Virus record (IMG/VR): IMGVR_UViG_3300022220_000003
Location: 1 to 64,000 of that record
From: a virus
Direction: 5' to 3' (one strand)
Length of the DNA stretch: 64,000 nucleotides
Made by a program: the position numbers and the translations under genes. Below the pieces are notes generated by a model. The model worked only from the letters and a program-made list of their open reading frames with translations, made no database searches and was not told where the DNA came from. Shown in pieces: positions 9,747-21,026 of the stretch. The first letter of the stretch is position 1, and each line of letters starts with the position of its first letter.

Positions 9747-10263
9747 CTCCAAGGGGATCGGGATCTTGGGCTCACGTCGACCTAAAAAAGACCGGCCGGT
9801 GGCCAAGCCACGGCCCGAGGCCACGGTGGAGGCAGCCAAAAAGGCAGACCTCGGGCGGCCCCCAACCGAGCTCGAGTTTGCGTTACAGGCGGGTGAGATC
9901 TCCGAGCGGCTCAAAGCATTTGAGGAGGGTGAGGCCGAGCTCGAGCGTAGCTTGGCCGCGGCCGAGGTGCAGGTCAACGGGCGGCGGGTGGTACTGAGCC
10001 GGATCCGGACCCAAGAGCACGTGGGCTTACTGCTCGCCGAGGCCACCCGCGAACAAATGGACGCCGAGGCCCACTATCGAGCCTGGCGAGCTCGCCTTGG
10101 TCTCGAGATCGTGACTAGGGCGAAAAAGGAGGTGCCCGAGTGGCGCGTTAGGCAACTAATAGAGTCCGAGCCCAACTACCTCACCTACCAGCAAGGCCTG
10201 GCACGGGCGGCGGCGAACGTCCTGATCTTAAAGGCTGTGTGGGAGACGTGGGGCGATGAGTGA
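9739..10263 (+). CDS. Hypothetical helical protein
   Basis: 174 aa ORF within the operon, coiled-coil-like. Confidence 0.5.
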   Translation: MVDSKGIGILGSRRPKKDRPVAKPRPEATVEAAKKADLGRPPTELEFALQAGEISERLKAFEEGEAELERSLAAAEVQVNGRRVVLSRIRTQEHVGLLLAEATREQMDAEAHYRAWRARLGLEIVTRAKKEVPEWRVRQLIESEPNYLTYQQGLARAAANVLILKAVWETWGDE

Positions 10264-10439
10264 TTATACCAAGTGGCGCAACCGGCGAGGAGTGGTCCAT
10301 TACACCCGCGAGCGGTGGCCCGAGGGTCCAACAAATGCGCTTTGTGGTGTCGAGATAGATCCGCAATTCGATAGGCGCACAAATATCAATCTGAGGAGGT
10401 GCAAGCGATGTTTGGCTACTGTGGAGGAGACCACCAATT

Positions 10440-11027
10440 ATGCAATACGTGGCTATCGATACCGAGACCACCGGACTTGAGCCAGGGTGGGATCAAGTTT
10501 TACACATCGCCCTAGTCCACGAGGATACGGCGCGGGCGGAGGCGTGGGAGGTCAACGAGCTCCCCTATTTCGAGGCGTTGATCTATCACGAGCGGATCGA
10601 GGGCGCTGCCTTTGCGCTCAACATGAACCACGAGATCCTCGAGGCGTTCGCCGATTTTAAACCCACCGAGGCCACCGCGGAGCTGCGGGGGCGGGTGGTG
10701 CCTGTTTTCGGGGACCTCGAGAGCGTCTTGGATGAGGCCAAGATCTGGCTTGCCAATTGCCACGACCATGCGGGGCCTTATGTGGCGGCAGGCAAAAATG
10801 TAGCGGGGTTTGATCTCCAATTCTTGGGCCGAGACTGGCGGCGAGAGTTTCACCACCGGGCGATTGAGGCCGGATCGGTGGCGCTCGGTGGTCAACCATT
10901 CCGGTGGCAACATGACAAGGTGTCGGGGCTCGCCGAGCTCAACGAGGGCAATCCGTGCCCGCATGATGCCCTTTGGGATGCCCGCGGCGTGGTGGAGGTC
11001 TTGCGCAAGGTGGGGGGCTACCTATGA
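10440..11027 (+). CDS. DEDDh 3'-5' exonuclease
   Basis: IDTETTG, NVAGFD and HDALWD motifs. Confidence 0.85.
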   Translation: MQYVAIDTETTGLEPGWDQVLHIALVHEDTARAEAWEVNELPYFEALIYHERIEGAAFALNMNHEILEAFADFKPTEATAELRGRVVPVFGDLESVLDEAKIWLANCHDHAGPYVAAGKNVAGFDLQFLGRDWRREFHHRAIEAGSVALGGQPFRWQHDKVSGLAELNEGNPCPHDALWDARGVVEVLRKVGGYL

Positions 11028-11662
11028 CCGCCAAAGGTAGGGGCAAGCGGTCCAAGATCCCAGGGGATCGATATTACACTCCCGAGTGGGTTGTTGACGT
11101 ATGCCTTGAGATGGTGTTGCCCGTGATTTGCTTGCGGGCCCCCAAGTTGATCCTCGAACCCTCGGCGGGGACCGGGCGGTTTTTGGGGCCACTTCGCAAG
11201 CGATACCCCGAGGCGCATATCGTGGCCATTGACAACGATCCCGAGGTGGGGCCGTGGCCTGAGGCCGATGAGAGCTTGACCGAGGACTACCTCGACTTTC
11301 GTCCGGATCCGCGGGTCAAGTTTGACCTGACGATTGGTAACCCCCCGTTCAGTTTCACCAAGGACTTTTGCGAGCACGCCTTGACCATGTCCAAGGCGGT
11401 GGTTTTCCTCGCACGCTACGGGATCCTCAGTGCAGCCAGGCGGGCCAAGTTTTGGCGAGATCATAGGCCTTCCCACATTTTCAACTTGGCCAACCGGCCT
11501 AACTTCGATGTGCCGCCCGAGTTCCAAGAGGAATACGAGGACGCGGGCGGGGATTTTTGCGAGTATTGCTTTATATGCTGGGCTAAGCCCAAAAACGAGG
11601 CCACCCTCTTTGAGTGGTTGCCATCGGTACCCAAAGAGGTGCGACAGGGGGCAAGCGGGTGA
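11024..11662 (+). CDS. Orphan amino-DNA methyltransferase (N6A/N4C)
   Basis: YYTP, LEPSAGTG (SAM binding) and GNPPF (catalytic) motifs. Confidence 0.85.
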   Translation: MTAKGRGKRSKIPGDRYYTPEWVVDVCLEMVLPVICLRAPKLILEPSAGTGRFLGPLRKRYPEAHIVAIDNDPEVGPWPEADESLTEDYLDFRPDPRVKFDLTIGNPPFSFTKDFCEHALTMSKAVVFLARYGILSAARRAKFWRDHRPSHIFNLANRPNFDVPPEFQEEYEDAGGDFCEYCFICWAKPKNEATLFEWLPSVPKEVRQGASG

Positions 11663-13312
11663 AGCGGTGCCCACAATGCCTCGAGCCAATGCAGCTCGTG
11701 GGAGCGGTGCAGCTCGAGGGGGACTTGGTGGATGTGCACAACGATAAGGGCGAGCTTGTGGGCGAGGAGGTCAAGCTCAAGGCCAGCGGGTATCGCGAGT
11801 TTTGGCAGTGCTCGGGGTGTGGTGCAAAATGGCCAAAGTAAAACGTAAGCCCAAGCCCAAACGGGCGGCCAAGACCGATACGGCGTGCCAATGCCACCCG
11901 ATCAAAAAGCCTACGATCCCGATCATGTCCCATACGGTCAATTGCCCGGTGCGGCGGCGTTACACCGACAACGGGCGCATGATCGCCGAGCTCATGCACG
12001 CCAAGGGTGTCAAGGGGAGTCCAAAAGATTTTGTGATCGTGGTGGGCCGGCGGTTGATTGACTATCGCGGGACCTACGATATTAGAGGCCTCGAGGCTCC
12101 TCTCGGATTCGCAGGTGTCACCTTAGTGCACAAGCGGGAGCTCGAGCGGGTGGTGGGCGAAAAAGAGAGCCGGCGGTTTTGGCGTCGGGGATTGGGGCGG
12201 GTACATGCCAACAGCTAGTGATCCATGGAAATGGGATCTGAAATACATGACCAAGCCCGAGGCCGAGTTTTTTAGGTTGCGGCGAGAGTCGGGGGCGATC
12301 TCGTTTTTTCGCACCGGGGTTTGCCTCCGATGCGGCGGCGAGGTGATCAAGGGCAAACTTTACTGCTCAAAGGGGTGTTACATGGAAACGTGGGAGGCGA
12401 GAGCGATCGCCGAAAAAATCGTAGGGTCCGAGGCACAGCTCGAAACCAAGGCGGGGTCTATCCGTCAAGGGCGTGTCACTCAAGTGACGTGGCACACTGC
12501 CAAGATCTCAGGCCACGAGGTCAAATGGCCCAAGGGGTTGATCCTAGACGGGGACAAATCAGATGAGATCGAGTGGGTGCAGCTCGTTTGGCTCAATTCA
12601 AATGCTGTCTAGGAGGTGACCGTGGGGGCAACGCTTGTTTGGCAAACCGTTGAAACGGTCAAGGTCAACTCGGTCCTTGTCGAGGTCAACAAGGCTATGG
12701 GCCGGCGGGGCCCCCTGTATTCGTTTCGATTATACAGACAGGACAGAGGAAAAAATTCTAACTACTGTCGAGCCCCGTACGACGCACCGGACGCGGTCTC
12801 CGCGATCTTGCGAGCCAATGAATGGGCCGACAACGATAAAAGGGCAACAACATGAGCGTGATTGTTTTGGGGCCAACGGGTGAATTCCCCAATGGCAAAC
12901 TAAGGTCAACTGATGAGGGCGAGCTACAACTTGCCATCGGGACGGTGGAGGGGTTGGTTAGGGTGGAGTTTGGCACCCCTGTGGCTTGGCTCGCCATGAG
13001 TCCAAACGATGCTCGAAATCTGGCGAGGTCTTTGATTCAGATGGCCGAGCGAGCGGAGGGCGAGCAATCATGAGTGATCGCAAACACCAACTTGCAATAG
13101 AGGCGGCGCAACTGGCCAAGGTGATCGAGCTATTCGAGGGGCAGATGGCCGATTTTAAACAGAAGTATTGGGCCAAGGTGTGCGAGATCCACAGCCTCGA
13201 GAAGGACCTCGGGCGTTGTCCTACCATGACCGAGTTTGCCGTGAGAGCACCAAATCCTGAGGACATTTTGTCGGATAGCCAAGGAAGGGCGGTGACCAAT
13301 GATGGCACGTGA
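11659..13312 (+). other. Cluster of about six small coupled hypothetical genes
   Basis: ORFs near 11659-11841, 11829-12218, 12205-12612, 12616-12855, 12852-13073 and 13070-13312; several CxxC motifs. Confidence 0.55.
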
Positions 13313-13751
13313 CGCGTTTGACGATTTGCGACGGTTGAGCCGGGCGGTTGAACGAGGCGACGATCAGACGGTTGACGATCTTACCGATACCTTGCCCGAT
13401 CTCGTGGCCGCGCTCGAGCGGGTCTTTGGCCCCGAGGGCCCGCCGGTGGTGGCGATTGAAAGCCCCTACGCCGGGGACGTCGAGGCCAACACCCGGTTTG
13501 CTCGGGAATGCCTGCTCGACTCGTTAACCCGCGGGGAGGCCCCGTTTGCTGGTCACCTGCTTTATACTCAAGTCTTGGCCGATCTGAAACCAACCGAGCG
13601 GGAGCTCGGGATCCTGTCCCATTTGGCCTACGTGCGGAGGTCCGAGCGGGTGGTGGTGTATGAGGATCTCGGGATATCGAGCGGGATGCAACGGGCGATC
13701 GACTTCGTCACCAAGCTCGGTATCCCTATCGAAAGGCGGTGGTTGTATTGA
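13299..13751 (+). CDS. Conserved phage protein, nucleoside 2-deoxyribosyltransferase-like fold
   Basis: IESPYAGDVEAN...RGEAPFAGHLLYTQVL...DLGISSGM pattern. Confidence 0.6.
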   Translation: MMARDAFDDLRRLSRAVERGDDQTVDDLTDTLPDLVAALERVFGPEGPPVVAIESPYAGDVEANTRFARECLLDSLTRGEAPFAGHLLYTQVLADLKPTERELGILSHLAYVRRSERVVVYEDLGISSGMQRAIDFVTKLGIPIERRWLY

Positions 13752-15604
13752 TCACGTTACCCCTACTGCGGGCCAACACGGTGGACGCTAACGGCCACAT
13801 GTTCACCGTTGAGGCGTGCCAAAAAATGGTAGACCATTGGCACGCAAAGCGAGCGATCACCACCGTGGCGCGGGACTTCTCACCAACCCCCAAGGCGGTG
13901 GGGCGGGTGGTTGGCATGCATTTTGACGGGGTAACGGTTTGGGTCGAGCTTGATAATGATGCCAAAGCCCTTGTGGAGGCGGAGGGGTTGGAGGCGGTGG
14001 CGGGGGGCTATTTTCCAACAACGGATCCGGTTGACGGTGTGCAGGTGATCGACCAATTCGCCTTGACCCGGATCGCGTTAGTCAAGAACAAGGTTTAAAC
14101 AATGTGCCAAAACGAGACACGAGACATTAGGGCGTTGCTAACCGAGGTAACCGAGGCCCTCGAGGATATGGTCTGGCAACACTGCCAAACCGAGGACGGC
14201 GAGATCGATTCCATGGCGTTATCGGCCAACGTGGATGCTATCGAGCTCTTGATCCGGTTGGGGCGGCTCGAGCGCAAAGAGGATTCGCACGGGCGGCAAG
14301 TTTTTGCCACCGCTCGACCCCCGGACAAAAAGGGGGTGATTTGATGGATCCTCAAAAGTTGCGGGAGTTTTTGCTCGACATGGCGAAACAAATCGAGCAG
14401 ATCGCGGTTGATTTGCAGGCGGCCCTAAGCAACGCCGAGCGATGCGGGTGTACCACTTTGGCCATATCGCGGGACGGAATCTCGGGCGAGGCGATTTTTC
14501 GTTGCAACAAGGGACGCGAAACCAAGGTCAACGTCACCGAGCTATCAATGGCCATACCTAACCGCGAGCTAGTGCTCCGTGAAATAGTCGATCGTGTTGT
14601 GGCCGATCACCAGATTGACCGGACCGAGGCCGAGATCTCGGTTCGGTCATTGATGGGAGGTATGTAACATGGGCAAACCGTTACCAGAGCACAAGCGCCA
14701 TTTCTATCAAGCCACCCTAGTCAACCCCACCACCCAAAAGGCTTATACCGGGGTAGGGCCATCGGTCGGGGCAGCACGGGCGCAAGCTCAAGTGCTAGCA
14801 GTTCAAGAGGGCGGCGAGCACCCCCCGGACCTCGAGGAGCTCGAGGTCAAATCGTTGGTGGGAGCTCCGCCGCAAACGTTCAAAGGCAACCCCAATCTGC
14901 CCGATGATTAGCGAGGACGGCGGTACCCAATCCACAAAGGTGGTGTATCGTCAAGTATACAGGATCGGATCCGATAGGTTGGTGATCACATACGCCCCTA
15001 TTGATGCCACGATCTCGGCCACGTGTCCGGCGGGGTGGATCGAGCCTATCCTCGTGATCGATTCGGTGACCTTTACGAGCTCAAACGAGGTCGTGCTTTC
15101 GGATCCCGAGCCTGAGGACCCGGTGGTGATCCCACCGTGGCCGTGGCCGCCTTGGCCGGCGGGCCCGGCCCGGTGCGAGGGGCCTCGGCGGTGTTACCAC
15201 CGGCGGACCCCAACCCGGCGGCGGAGCTCCACCGGGGTGCGCAATTGGAGGCCGAGGTGGTGAGCTCGTGTTGCAGCCGATCCATGTGGGCCGTGCGGGC
15301 GGTCAAGGCGAGCCGGCGGGATATCAAGCGGGCTCGCAAGGCTCATGAGTGTTGCGAATGCCGGCGGGTGATCCCTCGGGGTGCGCCGTATCGCTACGAG
15401 ACCGCGCTAATCTCAGGCAGCTGGTATCAATATCATACCTGTATGATATGCGCATCAATCCGGGATGACTGTTTCGCTTGCGGCTGGACGTGGGGGGAGC
15501 TTTGGGAAGACCTGCAGGTTTGCTTCGAGGTAAGCCCCGAGGACGGTTGGAGCGATTCGGGGTGGCTCGACCCACCGACGCACCCGATTGAGATCAAGAC
15601 ATGA
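13739..15604 (+). other. Cluster of small hypothetical genes
   Basis: ORFs 13739-14098, 14102-14344, 14341-14667, 14669-14911, 14904-15263 and a Cys-rich ORF ending at 15604. Confidence 0.5.
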
Positions 15605-15840
15605 GACGTGACCGAGTCAACGTGCGACGGCTCTCGTTTGGGGAGGTGCTCGGAATTTTTCTGGTCAAACGACAGCTCACACCGTGGGAGCTCGCCGAGC
15701 TCGTGGGGTGGCCTGTAACTAGGATTTACGCTCTCGAGCGCAACGAGGAAACTGCACCCCCAACCAAGGCCGAGGCCGAGGAGCTCGCCGAGGCCCTCGA
15801 CATAAACCCAAAACTTTTGACTGTAGCGGTGCCGAAATGA
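15601..15840 (+). CDS. XRE/Cro-type HTH regulator
   Basis: LTPWELAELVGWPVTRIYALERNE...LAEALDI. Confidence 0.75.
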   Translation: MRRDRVNVRRLSFGEVLGIFLVKRQLTPWELAELVGWPVTRIYALERNEETAPPTKAEAEELAEALDINPKLLTVAVPK

Positions 15841-16196
15841 CCTTGTCAGACGATGATATCTTACAATACTTTGCAAACGACCACTTGCCTAAGGACCTCA
15901 AGAGGATATTGGAGTCAATCCGAGGGGTGGCGCTCTATATGGCGGGCATGTTGCCAGCCAACCCCGAGCGGCGCGAGGGGTTGCGGCGGCTGCTCGAGGC
16001 CAAAGATTGCTTTGTCCGTGCGCAGCTCACCGGGGCGGCGGCCCACGTCCTGATCTCCAAAGACACGTTTGACCGGTTGGAGGCGGCGGCCAATTGGCTG
16101 CAATGTCTCGAGGCGGCGGGGGTGGACAATTGGGACGGGTGCGCCCAAGCGGCCGAGATACGTCAAGAGCTCGAGGAGGCCAAACAACGTGAATAG
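15837..16196 (+). CDS. Conserved phage hypothetical protein
   Basis: ILQYFANDHLP...LRRLLEAKDCFVRA pattern, common in phages. Confidence 0.55.
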   Translation: MTLSDDDILQYFANDHLPKDLKRILESIRGVALYMAGMLPANPERREGLRRLLEAKDCFVRAQLTGAAAHVLISKDTFDRLEAAANWLQCLEAAGVDNWDGCAQAAEIRQELEEAKQRE

Positions 16197-16893
16197 GTGG
16201 ACGTGTACACACTGCCAGCACCGGTGGGCGAGTGATTCCCCGGCGGCGTATTGGTGCCCGAGTTGCGGGGCTCCAAAGGTCTACCCTCAACCCCCGTTTA
16301 TCGCGCTCGAGGGGATTGACGGGTGTGGCAAGGGCGTGCAGTCGAGGAGGCTCGCCGAGGACCTCCGCGGGGTGCGGTTTTCGTTTCCTGATTACAACAC
16401 CCCGATCGGGGGCCTAGTCGGTGCCCACTTGCGGCGGGAGTGGGCGGCCCATAGGTTGGATTGCGGCGACGATTCCAACGTTAAATACCACGATGAGGCC
16501 TTGATTTTCCAAGCCCTGCAATCGGCCAACCGGTTGGAGTGGGCCCACAAGATCGCCACCCACTTGGCCGAGGGATGCCCGGTGGTGGCGGATCGATACT
16601 ACGCCAGCGGCCTCGTTTACGGGTCGGCGGACGGGATCGCCTTCGAATACCTCGAGCGGCTCCACCGGTATCTACCGCAACCAACCCACTGGATCTTGAT
16701 CGATATCGACGTCGAGACCTCAATGGAGCGGCGGCCCGAGGGTCGAGACCGCTACGAGGCCGACGCCGAGTTTATGCGGGAGGTGTGCCTACGGTATCGG
16801 CAGCTCTGGATCCGCAACAAATGGCCGATCGTTGACGGCCGGGGCTCGGTGGATGACGTGGCGAGCCAGATCCATGAGGTGGTGATGGCATGA
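16189..16893 (+). CDS. tmk: Thymidylate kinase with N-terminal zinc ribbon
   Basis: FIALEGIDGCGKG P-loop, FPDY and VADRY motifs; CTHC/CPSC at the N-terminus. Confidence 0.85.
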   Translation: MNRWTCTHCQHRWASDSPAAYWCPSCGAPKVYPQPPFIALEGIDGCGKGVQSRRLAEDLRGVRFSFPDYNTPIGGLVGAHLRREWAAHRLDCGDDSNVKYHDEALIFQALQSANRLEWAHKIATHLAEGCPVVADRYYASGLVYGSADGIAFEYLERLHRYLPQPTHWILIDIDVETSMERRPEGRDRYEADAEFMREVCLRYRQLWIRNKWPIVDGRGSVDDVASQIHEVVMA

Positions 16894-17107
16894 CCGTTAA
16901 GCAGATCGTGGCTAACTATCTTGATCATTGGGGATTTGACGGCCTATGTTGCCCCGAGGGGGAGTGCTCTTGCGTCGCGGGCGACCTCATGCCGTGTGAA
17001 CCTAACGAATACCTGGGGGGGTGCCAGCCCGGTTACAAGGTGCCCTGTGACCCTGAGACTTGCGAGTTTGGTGGTGAGTGTGGGTGGCATGTTACCATGT
17101 CCAAATC

Positions 17108-17695
17108 ATGACTTCAAAGCAACGGTGGTATCGGTTTTGGCTGCGGGTGACGTATTGGCTACACCTACGCGGCCCTGCAACAATGTTGCAGCGGTGGATC
17201 AAGGGCGAAACCAAAGCACCGCGGCGGGAGGTGATGACCTTCGAGACGCCGCAACACCTCGTTGACTACGCCAAGGCGAGGTTTGTCTACCGCAAAGATG
17301 AGGGCCGGATCGGCGGGTGGGTGTTCCCGCTCGATTGGGTCACCGAGCCCGAGGTGTTCCAAGCGAGGCTCGAGCTATCGAGCGTGCAGCGGCACGGGGA
17401 TTGCGACGATTACCATTATTGGGCGGCCGAGGCCTTGGCCAAGATCCAGGGGGTCAGCCATATCCACCTGTTGCTCACCGGGTACAAGGGCGGTGGCCAT
17501 GCCACCGTGGTCTATTGCCACTTTGGGGCGTGGTACCACCTCGACTATCGGATCTATTCAATCTCGGATCCCAACAAGGCCCCCGAGCAGGTGGCCGACC
17601 GATACGGCGACGGTGAGATCCTGTTTTGGGTGTTTGAGAGTTTTCGTTGGCCTTGGCGGGCGGTGGCCATCTATCCCGATAGGCTCAAGGCCTAG
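17108..17695 (+). CDS. Transglutaminase-like cysteine protease fold protein
   Basis: GDCDDY...GHA...WYHLD, a putative Cys-His-Asp triad. Confidence 0.6.
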   Translation: MTSKQRWYRFWLRVTYWLHLRGPATMLQRWIKGETKAPRREVMTFETPQHLVDYAKARFVYRKDEGRIGGWVFPLDWVTEPEVFQARLELSSVQRHGDCDDYHYWAAEALAKIQGVSHIHLLLTGYKGGGHATVVYCHFGAWYHLDYRIYSISDPNKAPEQVADRYGDGEILFWVFESFRWPWRAVAIYPDRLKA

Positions 17696-17808
17696 GGTGA
17701 TTTGATGCCGGCCCCACGGATCGGGTAAGCTCGGCACGTGGTCAATTTTTGGTATCCCTCCCCCCCATTCACCATGACCACCGGCCCCCGCAAGGGGGCC
17801 GAATCAAT

Positions 17809-18066
17809 TCAGGCCGCCCGATAATCGTCGTATTCGATCCCTAGGCGCAACATTCGTTTGTACAACCCCCCGCGGTTGCAGCCGAGCTCGAAGGCGGCGG
17901 CCCGGATCGATCCGTCGTGACGTTTGAGCGAGGCCGTGATCAGCTTGGCCTCGAGATCCTCGAGCTTTTGGTCCAGGACACCCTTTTCGGCGGGCCGGGT
18001 GCCTTGGTGGTTGGGCGAGACCCCCTTTTTGCGCCTGGCCTTTGCTTTCTTGCGCTTGATTGCCAT
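17809..18066 (-). CDS. Stand-alone Fis-type HTH (HTH_8) protein 1
   Basis: LEAKLITASLKRHDGSIRAAAFELGCNRGGLYKRM; GAGGAGG RBS. Confidence 0.8.
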   Translation of the reverse strand: MAIKRKKAKARRKKGVSPNHQGTRPAEKGVLDQKLEDLEAKLITASLKRHDGSIRAAAFELGCNRGGLYKRMLRLGIEYDDYRAA

Positions 18067-18432
18067 GTTGGCCTCCTCTTGCGTCGCTGCTGATGTCTCT
18101 AATATAGCCATGTCCACACCTCGATCAACGGTTTTGGAGTCAGAGTTCCTTGCGCTATACTAAGCCCATGTGTAGTTGTATCGACATTGACGGGGACCGT
18201 GCGGCGGCCCTGGTCCTGTGGGATTTTGACCGGTACTTGGCCGAGCAGCTCGACGCGGGCGAGCTCACCGAGGCCGAGCTCCGGACCCTCGAGAGGATTC
18301 GCGAGCAGCTCCACCGGTTGGTGACGGATGCCAACGGGGCGGAGCTTGCGGCGTGACCTTTGGTGGTGCGTTTGGCACATGGTTATATTGTAACCATGTA
18401 CACTCAGTGCGCAACCCCTAAAAGGATCTTTT

Positions 18433-19314
18433 TTGCGGCGGTTTCCGGGGTCTGCTAGGTTGCGGGCCGTGTCGGACCGGGTGGGCGATTGCTTACTTTA
18501 CCACGCCAATTGCTTTGACGTGTTGCCACAGATCCCGGCCGAATCCGTGGATCTGGTGCTCGCCGATCCCCCCTACGGGATCACACAATGCCGGTGGGAT
18601 TCGGTTCTCGACCTCGAGCGGCTTTGGCCAGAGCTCTGGCGGGTGACCAAACCACGGGCGGCGGTGGTGATGACCGCGGCGCAGCCGTTTAGCTCGGTCC
18701 TCGTTCAATCGCAGATCAAGCGGTATCGCCACGAGTGGATTTGGAGCAAAAATCGCGGTTCGAATATCGGCGGGGTGCGCTATGGGCCGATGAGGGAACA
18801 CGAGGAGGTGATCGTGTTTGGCCGCAAGGCGGTGACCTACAAGCCGATCAAGGAGGCCCGTCGAGGGGACGGGCCTACCTGTATCGGCCGAGCTCAAAAC
18901 CGGCGGCGGGTGACCTCCGAGGTAATGAAGTTGCGACGCAAGGACAAGGACCCCCCGCTCGAGCGGCTCCGCCACCCCTCCACCGTGCAACGGTTCGTTT
19001 GTCAGGTTGGCCACCACCCCACCCAAAAGCCCGTGGCCCTAATGCAATACATGATCCGGACCTACACCGAGGGACCGGGGGCCGTGGTGCTCGATTTCTG
19101 CATGGGGAGCGGCACCACCGGGATTGCTGCAATCAACACCGGCCGTACCTTTATCGGGATCGAGCTTGACGCCGAGCACTATGCCACGGCCCACCGGCGG
19201 ATCGCCGAGCATTGGGCCAAGCCACCGAGTCAACGAATCAAACCACCACCCAAGCGACGGCGGAGGCGCAAGGGCCCACCGACGCACCAACTTGGGCTAT
19301 TTAGCAGCGGATGA
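18433..19314 (+). CDS. Orphan DNA methyltransferase, N6/N4 beta class
   Basis: DPPYG, HPTQKP and DFCMGSGTTG motifs; exact start uncertain. Confidence 0.9.
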   Translation: MRRFPGSARLRAVSDRVGDCLLYHANCFDVLPQIPAESVDLVLADPPYGITQCRWDSVLDLERLWPELWRVTKPRAAVVMTAAQPFSSVLVQSQIKRYRHEWIWSKNRGSNIGGVRYGPMREHEEVIVFGRKAVTYKPIKEARRGDGPTCIGRAQNRRRVTSEVMKLRRKDKDPPLERLRHPSTVQRFVCQVGHHPTQKPVALMQYMIRTYTEGPGAVVLDFCMGSGTTGIAAINTGRTFIGIELDAEHYATAHRRIAEHWAKPPSQRIKPPPKRRRRRKGPPTHQLGLFSSG

Positions 19315-19642
19315 CCTCGGTCCTCTCGAGGCGGACCTCACGGGACTCAAGGTCGAGGCGGATCCGGTTGATCCCCTCCTCACCCATCCAACCAAAAATC
19401 GAGTCAAGGCGGGTCTCGAGCTCGCCTTGGGGCTCGGCCACCGGGTGCATCATTACCACCTCGGAGCTGCTCTGCTCGGTGAGCTCTTGGCGGAGCTGCA
19501 CCATAACGTTGTGCCCTATCCCACTTTTAAATTTTTTCGTGACCGCGTTGGTGATCTCGGTGCCCGTTTTGCCCTCGCGGAGCATCTCGCGGGCCAGATT
19601 CTTTTTTTGTTCTGCTACTTTGAGGATCTTGTCTCGTGTCAT
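19301..19642 (-). CDS. Hypothetical protein with HTH-like N-terminus (candidate regulator)
   Basis: LAREMLREGKTGTEITNAV; start codon abuts the operator-like 15-mer at 19643-19657. Confidence 0.45.
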   Translation of the reverse strand: MTRDKILKVAEQKKNLAREMLREGKTGTEITNAVTKKFKSGIGHNVMVQLRQELTEQSSSEVVMMHPVAEPQGELETRLDSIFGWMGEEGINRIRLDLESREVRLERTEVIRC

Positions 19643-19739
19643 GCCTACTACGTATTCAATGATCCCACCGTATGCAATCAATAGTTGTCACGATCTGACA
19701 CCGCTGCTATAGGCTGGGTATGGCTTAGGCTACCGCGGC

Positions 19740-19953
19740 GGACCGGGCGTGTAATGGCGTGCGTCTCCGGACCAAAGTGGTGGTTGTGTGATCCGTTGGC
19801 CTTCGGGGGCGAAACGTTACCCCGAGGAGCCCTCGGGGGCCAACGGGGTTCGATATAGTAGCAGGAGGATTATTGGACGAATACGCACACTGATATACAC
19901 CCCCGAGGTGCCCGGTCCAAAAATTTTGTTTTTGGCCGGGCCCTTTTTTTTTT
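19740..19953 (+). ncRNA. Putative structured RNA (rod-like or attenuator) with terminator
   Basis: 19740-19748 pairs with 19910-19918; 18-bp inner stem 19793-19810/19829-19846 with G-U pairs; T10 run at 19944-19953; upstream TTGTCA-17-TATAGG. Confidence 0.4.
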
Positions 19954-20031
19954 ATGGCCCTTGCCTACCTACCCGCACACCTCTGATCATACTACCCCAC
20001 CACCCTACCGATATTGTGTTACTATCATAGT

Positions 20032-20333
20032 GGTATGATACCGGTATGGCTGTGGGGCGATGCAGGTGTGGAGGTGCCACCGGTATCATACCATTACCAT
20101 ACCGGTATGGCGGCGAGGTGGCCGCGGTATCATGCCGGGGTAGTGTTGGGGTGGTGTTGACGCCCCACCGGTATGGCGGCGAGGTGGCCGCGGTATCATG
20201 CCGGGGTGGTGTTGACGCCCCACCGGTATGGTGGCGGTATCATGCCGGGGTGGTGTTGACGCCCCACCGGTATGGCGGCGATATCATGCCGGGGTGGTGT
20301 TGGGGTGGTGTTGGAGCTCCACCGGTATGGTGG
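20032..20333. repeat. Centromere-like repeat array upstream of parA
   Basis: Six CCGGTATGG copies (20041, 20102, 20168, 20223, 20267, 20322) interleaved with GGTATCATRCC-type units. Confidence 0.65.
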
Positions 20334-20381
20334 AGATACGGTGTTGACTTTATAGCCATGTCGCACTAATACACAGCCACT

Positions 20382-21026
20382 ATGGCTACAATACTATTCG
20401 GCGGATACAAGGGTGGGACGGGCAAATCGACCCTCGCCACCAACTACGCGGTTTATTTGGCCCGGGCGGGGCGGGACGTCCTACTCGTGGACACAGACAA
20501 ACAAGGCTCGGCTGACGGGTGGGCGGCGATGCGGGGGGCCGAGGCCGAGCTACCCCGGGTCCACTGTGTACAAAAATTTGCGGACGTGGCCGGGGCGGTG
20601 CGAGACCTCGTTGGCCGCTACGATGAGATCGTGATCGATGCGGGTGGGCGTGACTCCCGCGAGCTCCGATCGGCAATGCTCGTGGCCAACGCTCTATACG
20701 TGCCCCTCAAGGCCTCGCAATTCGACCTGTGGACAATGGACCAGGTTGATCAAATGGTGAACGATGCCCGCGGATTCAACCCCGAGCTCGAGGCGTGGGC
20801 GGTGGTATCGATGGCGCCAACCAACCCGCAGATCCGAGAGACCGCGGAGGCCCGCGAGCTCTTGGCCGAGTTTGGCAACGTGCGGCTGATGTCTGCCACG
20901 ATCTGTGAGCGCAAGGCCTACCGGGAGGCCACCGCCACCGGCCGGGGGGTGCTCGAGCTCAATAACACCAAGGCCGCGGCCGAGCTCGAGGCGTTTGGCG
21001 AGGAGGTGGCCCGTGGCTTACAGTAG
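20382..21026 (+). CDS. parA: ParA family partition ATPase (type Ib, short)
   Basis: Deviant Walker A KGGTGKST, DTDKQGS and IVIDAGG. Confidence 0.92.
   Translation: MATILFGGYKGGTGKSTLATNYAVYLARAGRDVLLVDTDKQGSADGWAAMRGAEAELPRVHCVQKFADVAGAVRDLVGRYDEIVIDAGGRDSRELRSAMLVANALYVPLKASQFDLWTMDQVDQMVNDARGFNPELEAWAVVSMAPTNPQIRETAEARELLAEFGNVRLMSATICERKAYREATATGRGVLELNNTKAAAELEAFGEEVARGLQ

Noticed and set aside
11024-19314. Restriction-modification system
   Set aside because: No recognisable endonuclease beside either methyltransferase; orphan methyltransferases are common in phages.
20046-20369. 107-aa repetitive ORF
   Set aside because: It is a translation of the centromere-like DNA repeats, with no RBS or protein features.
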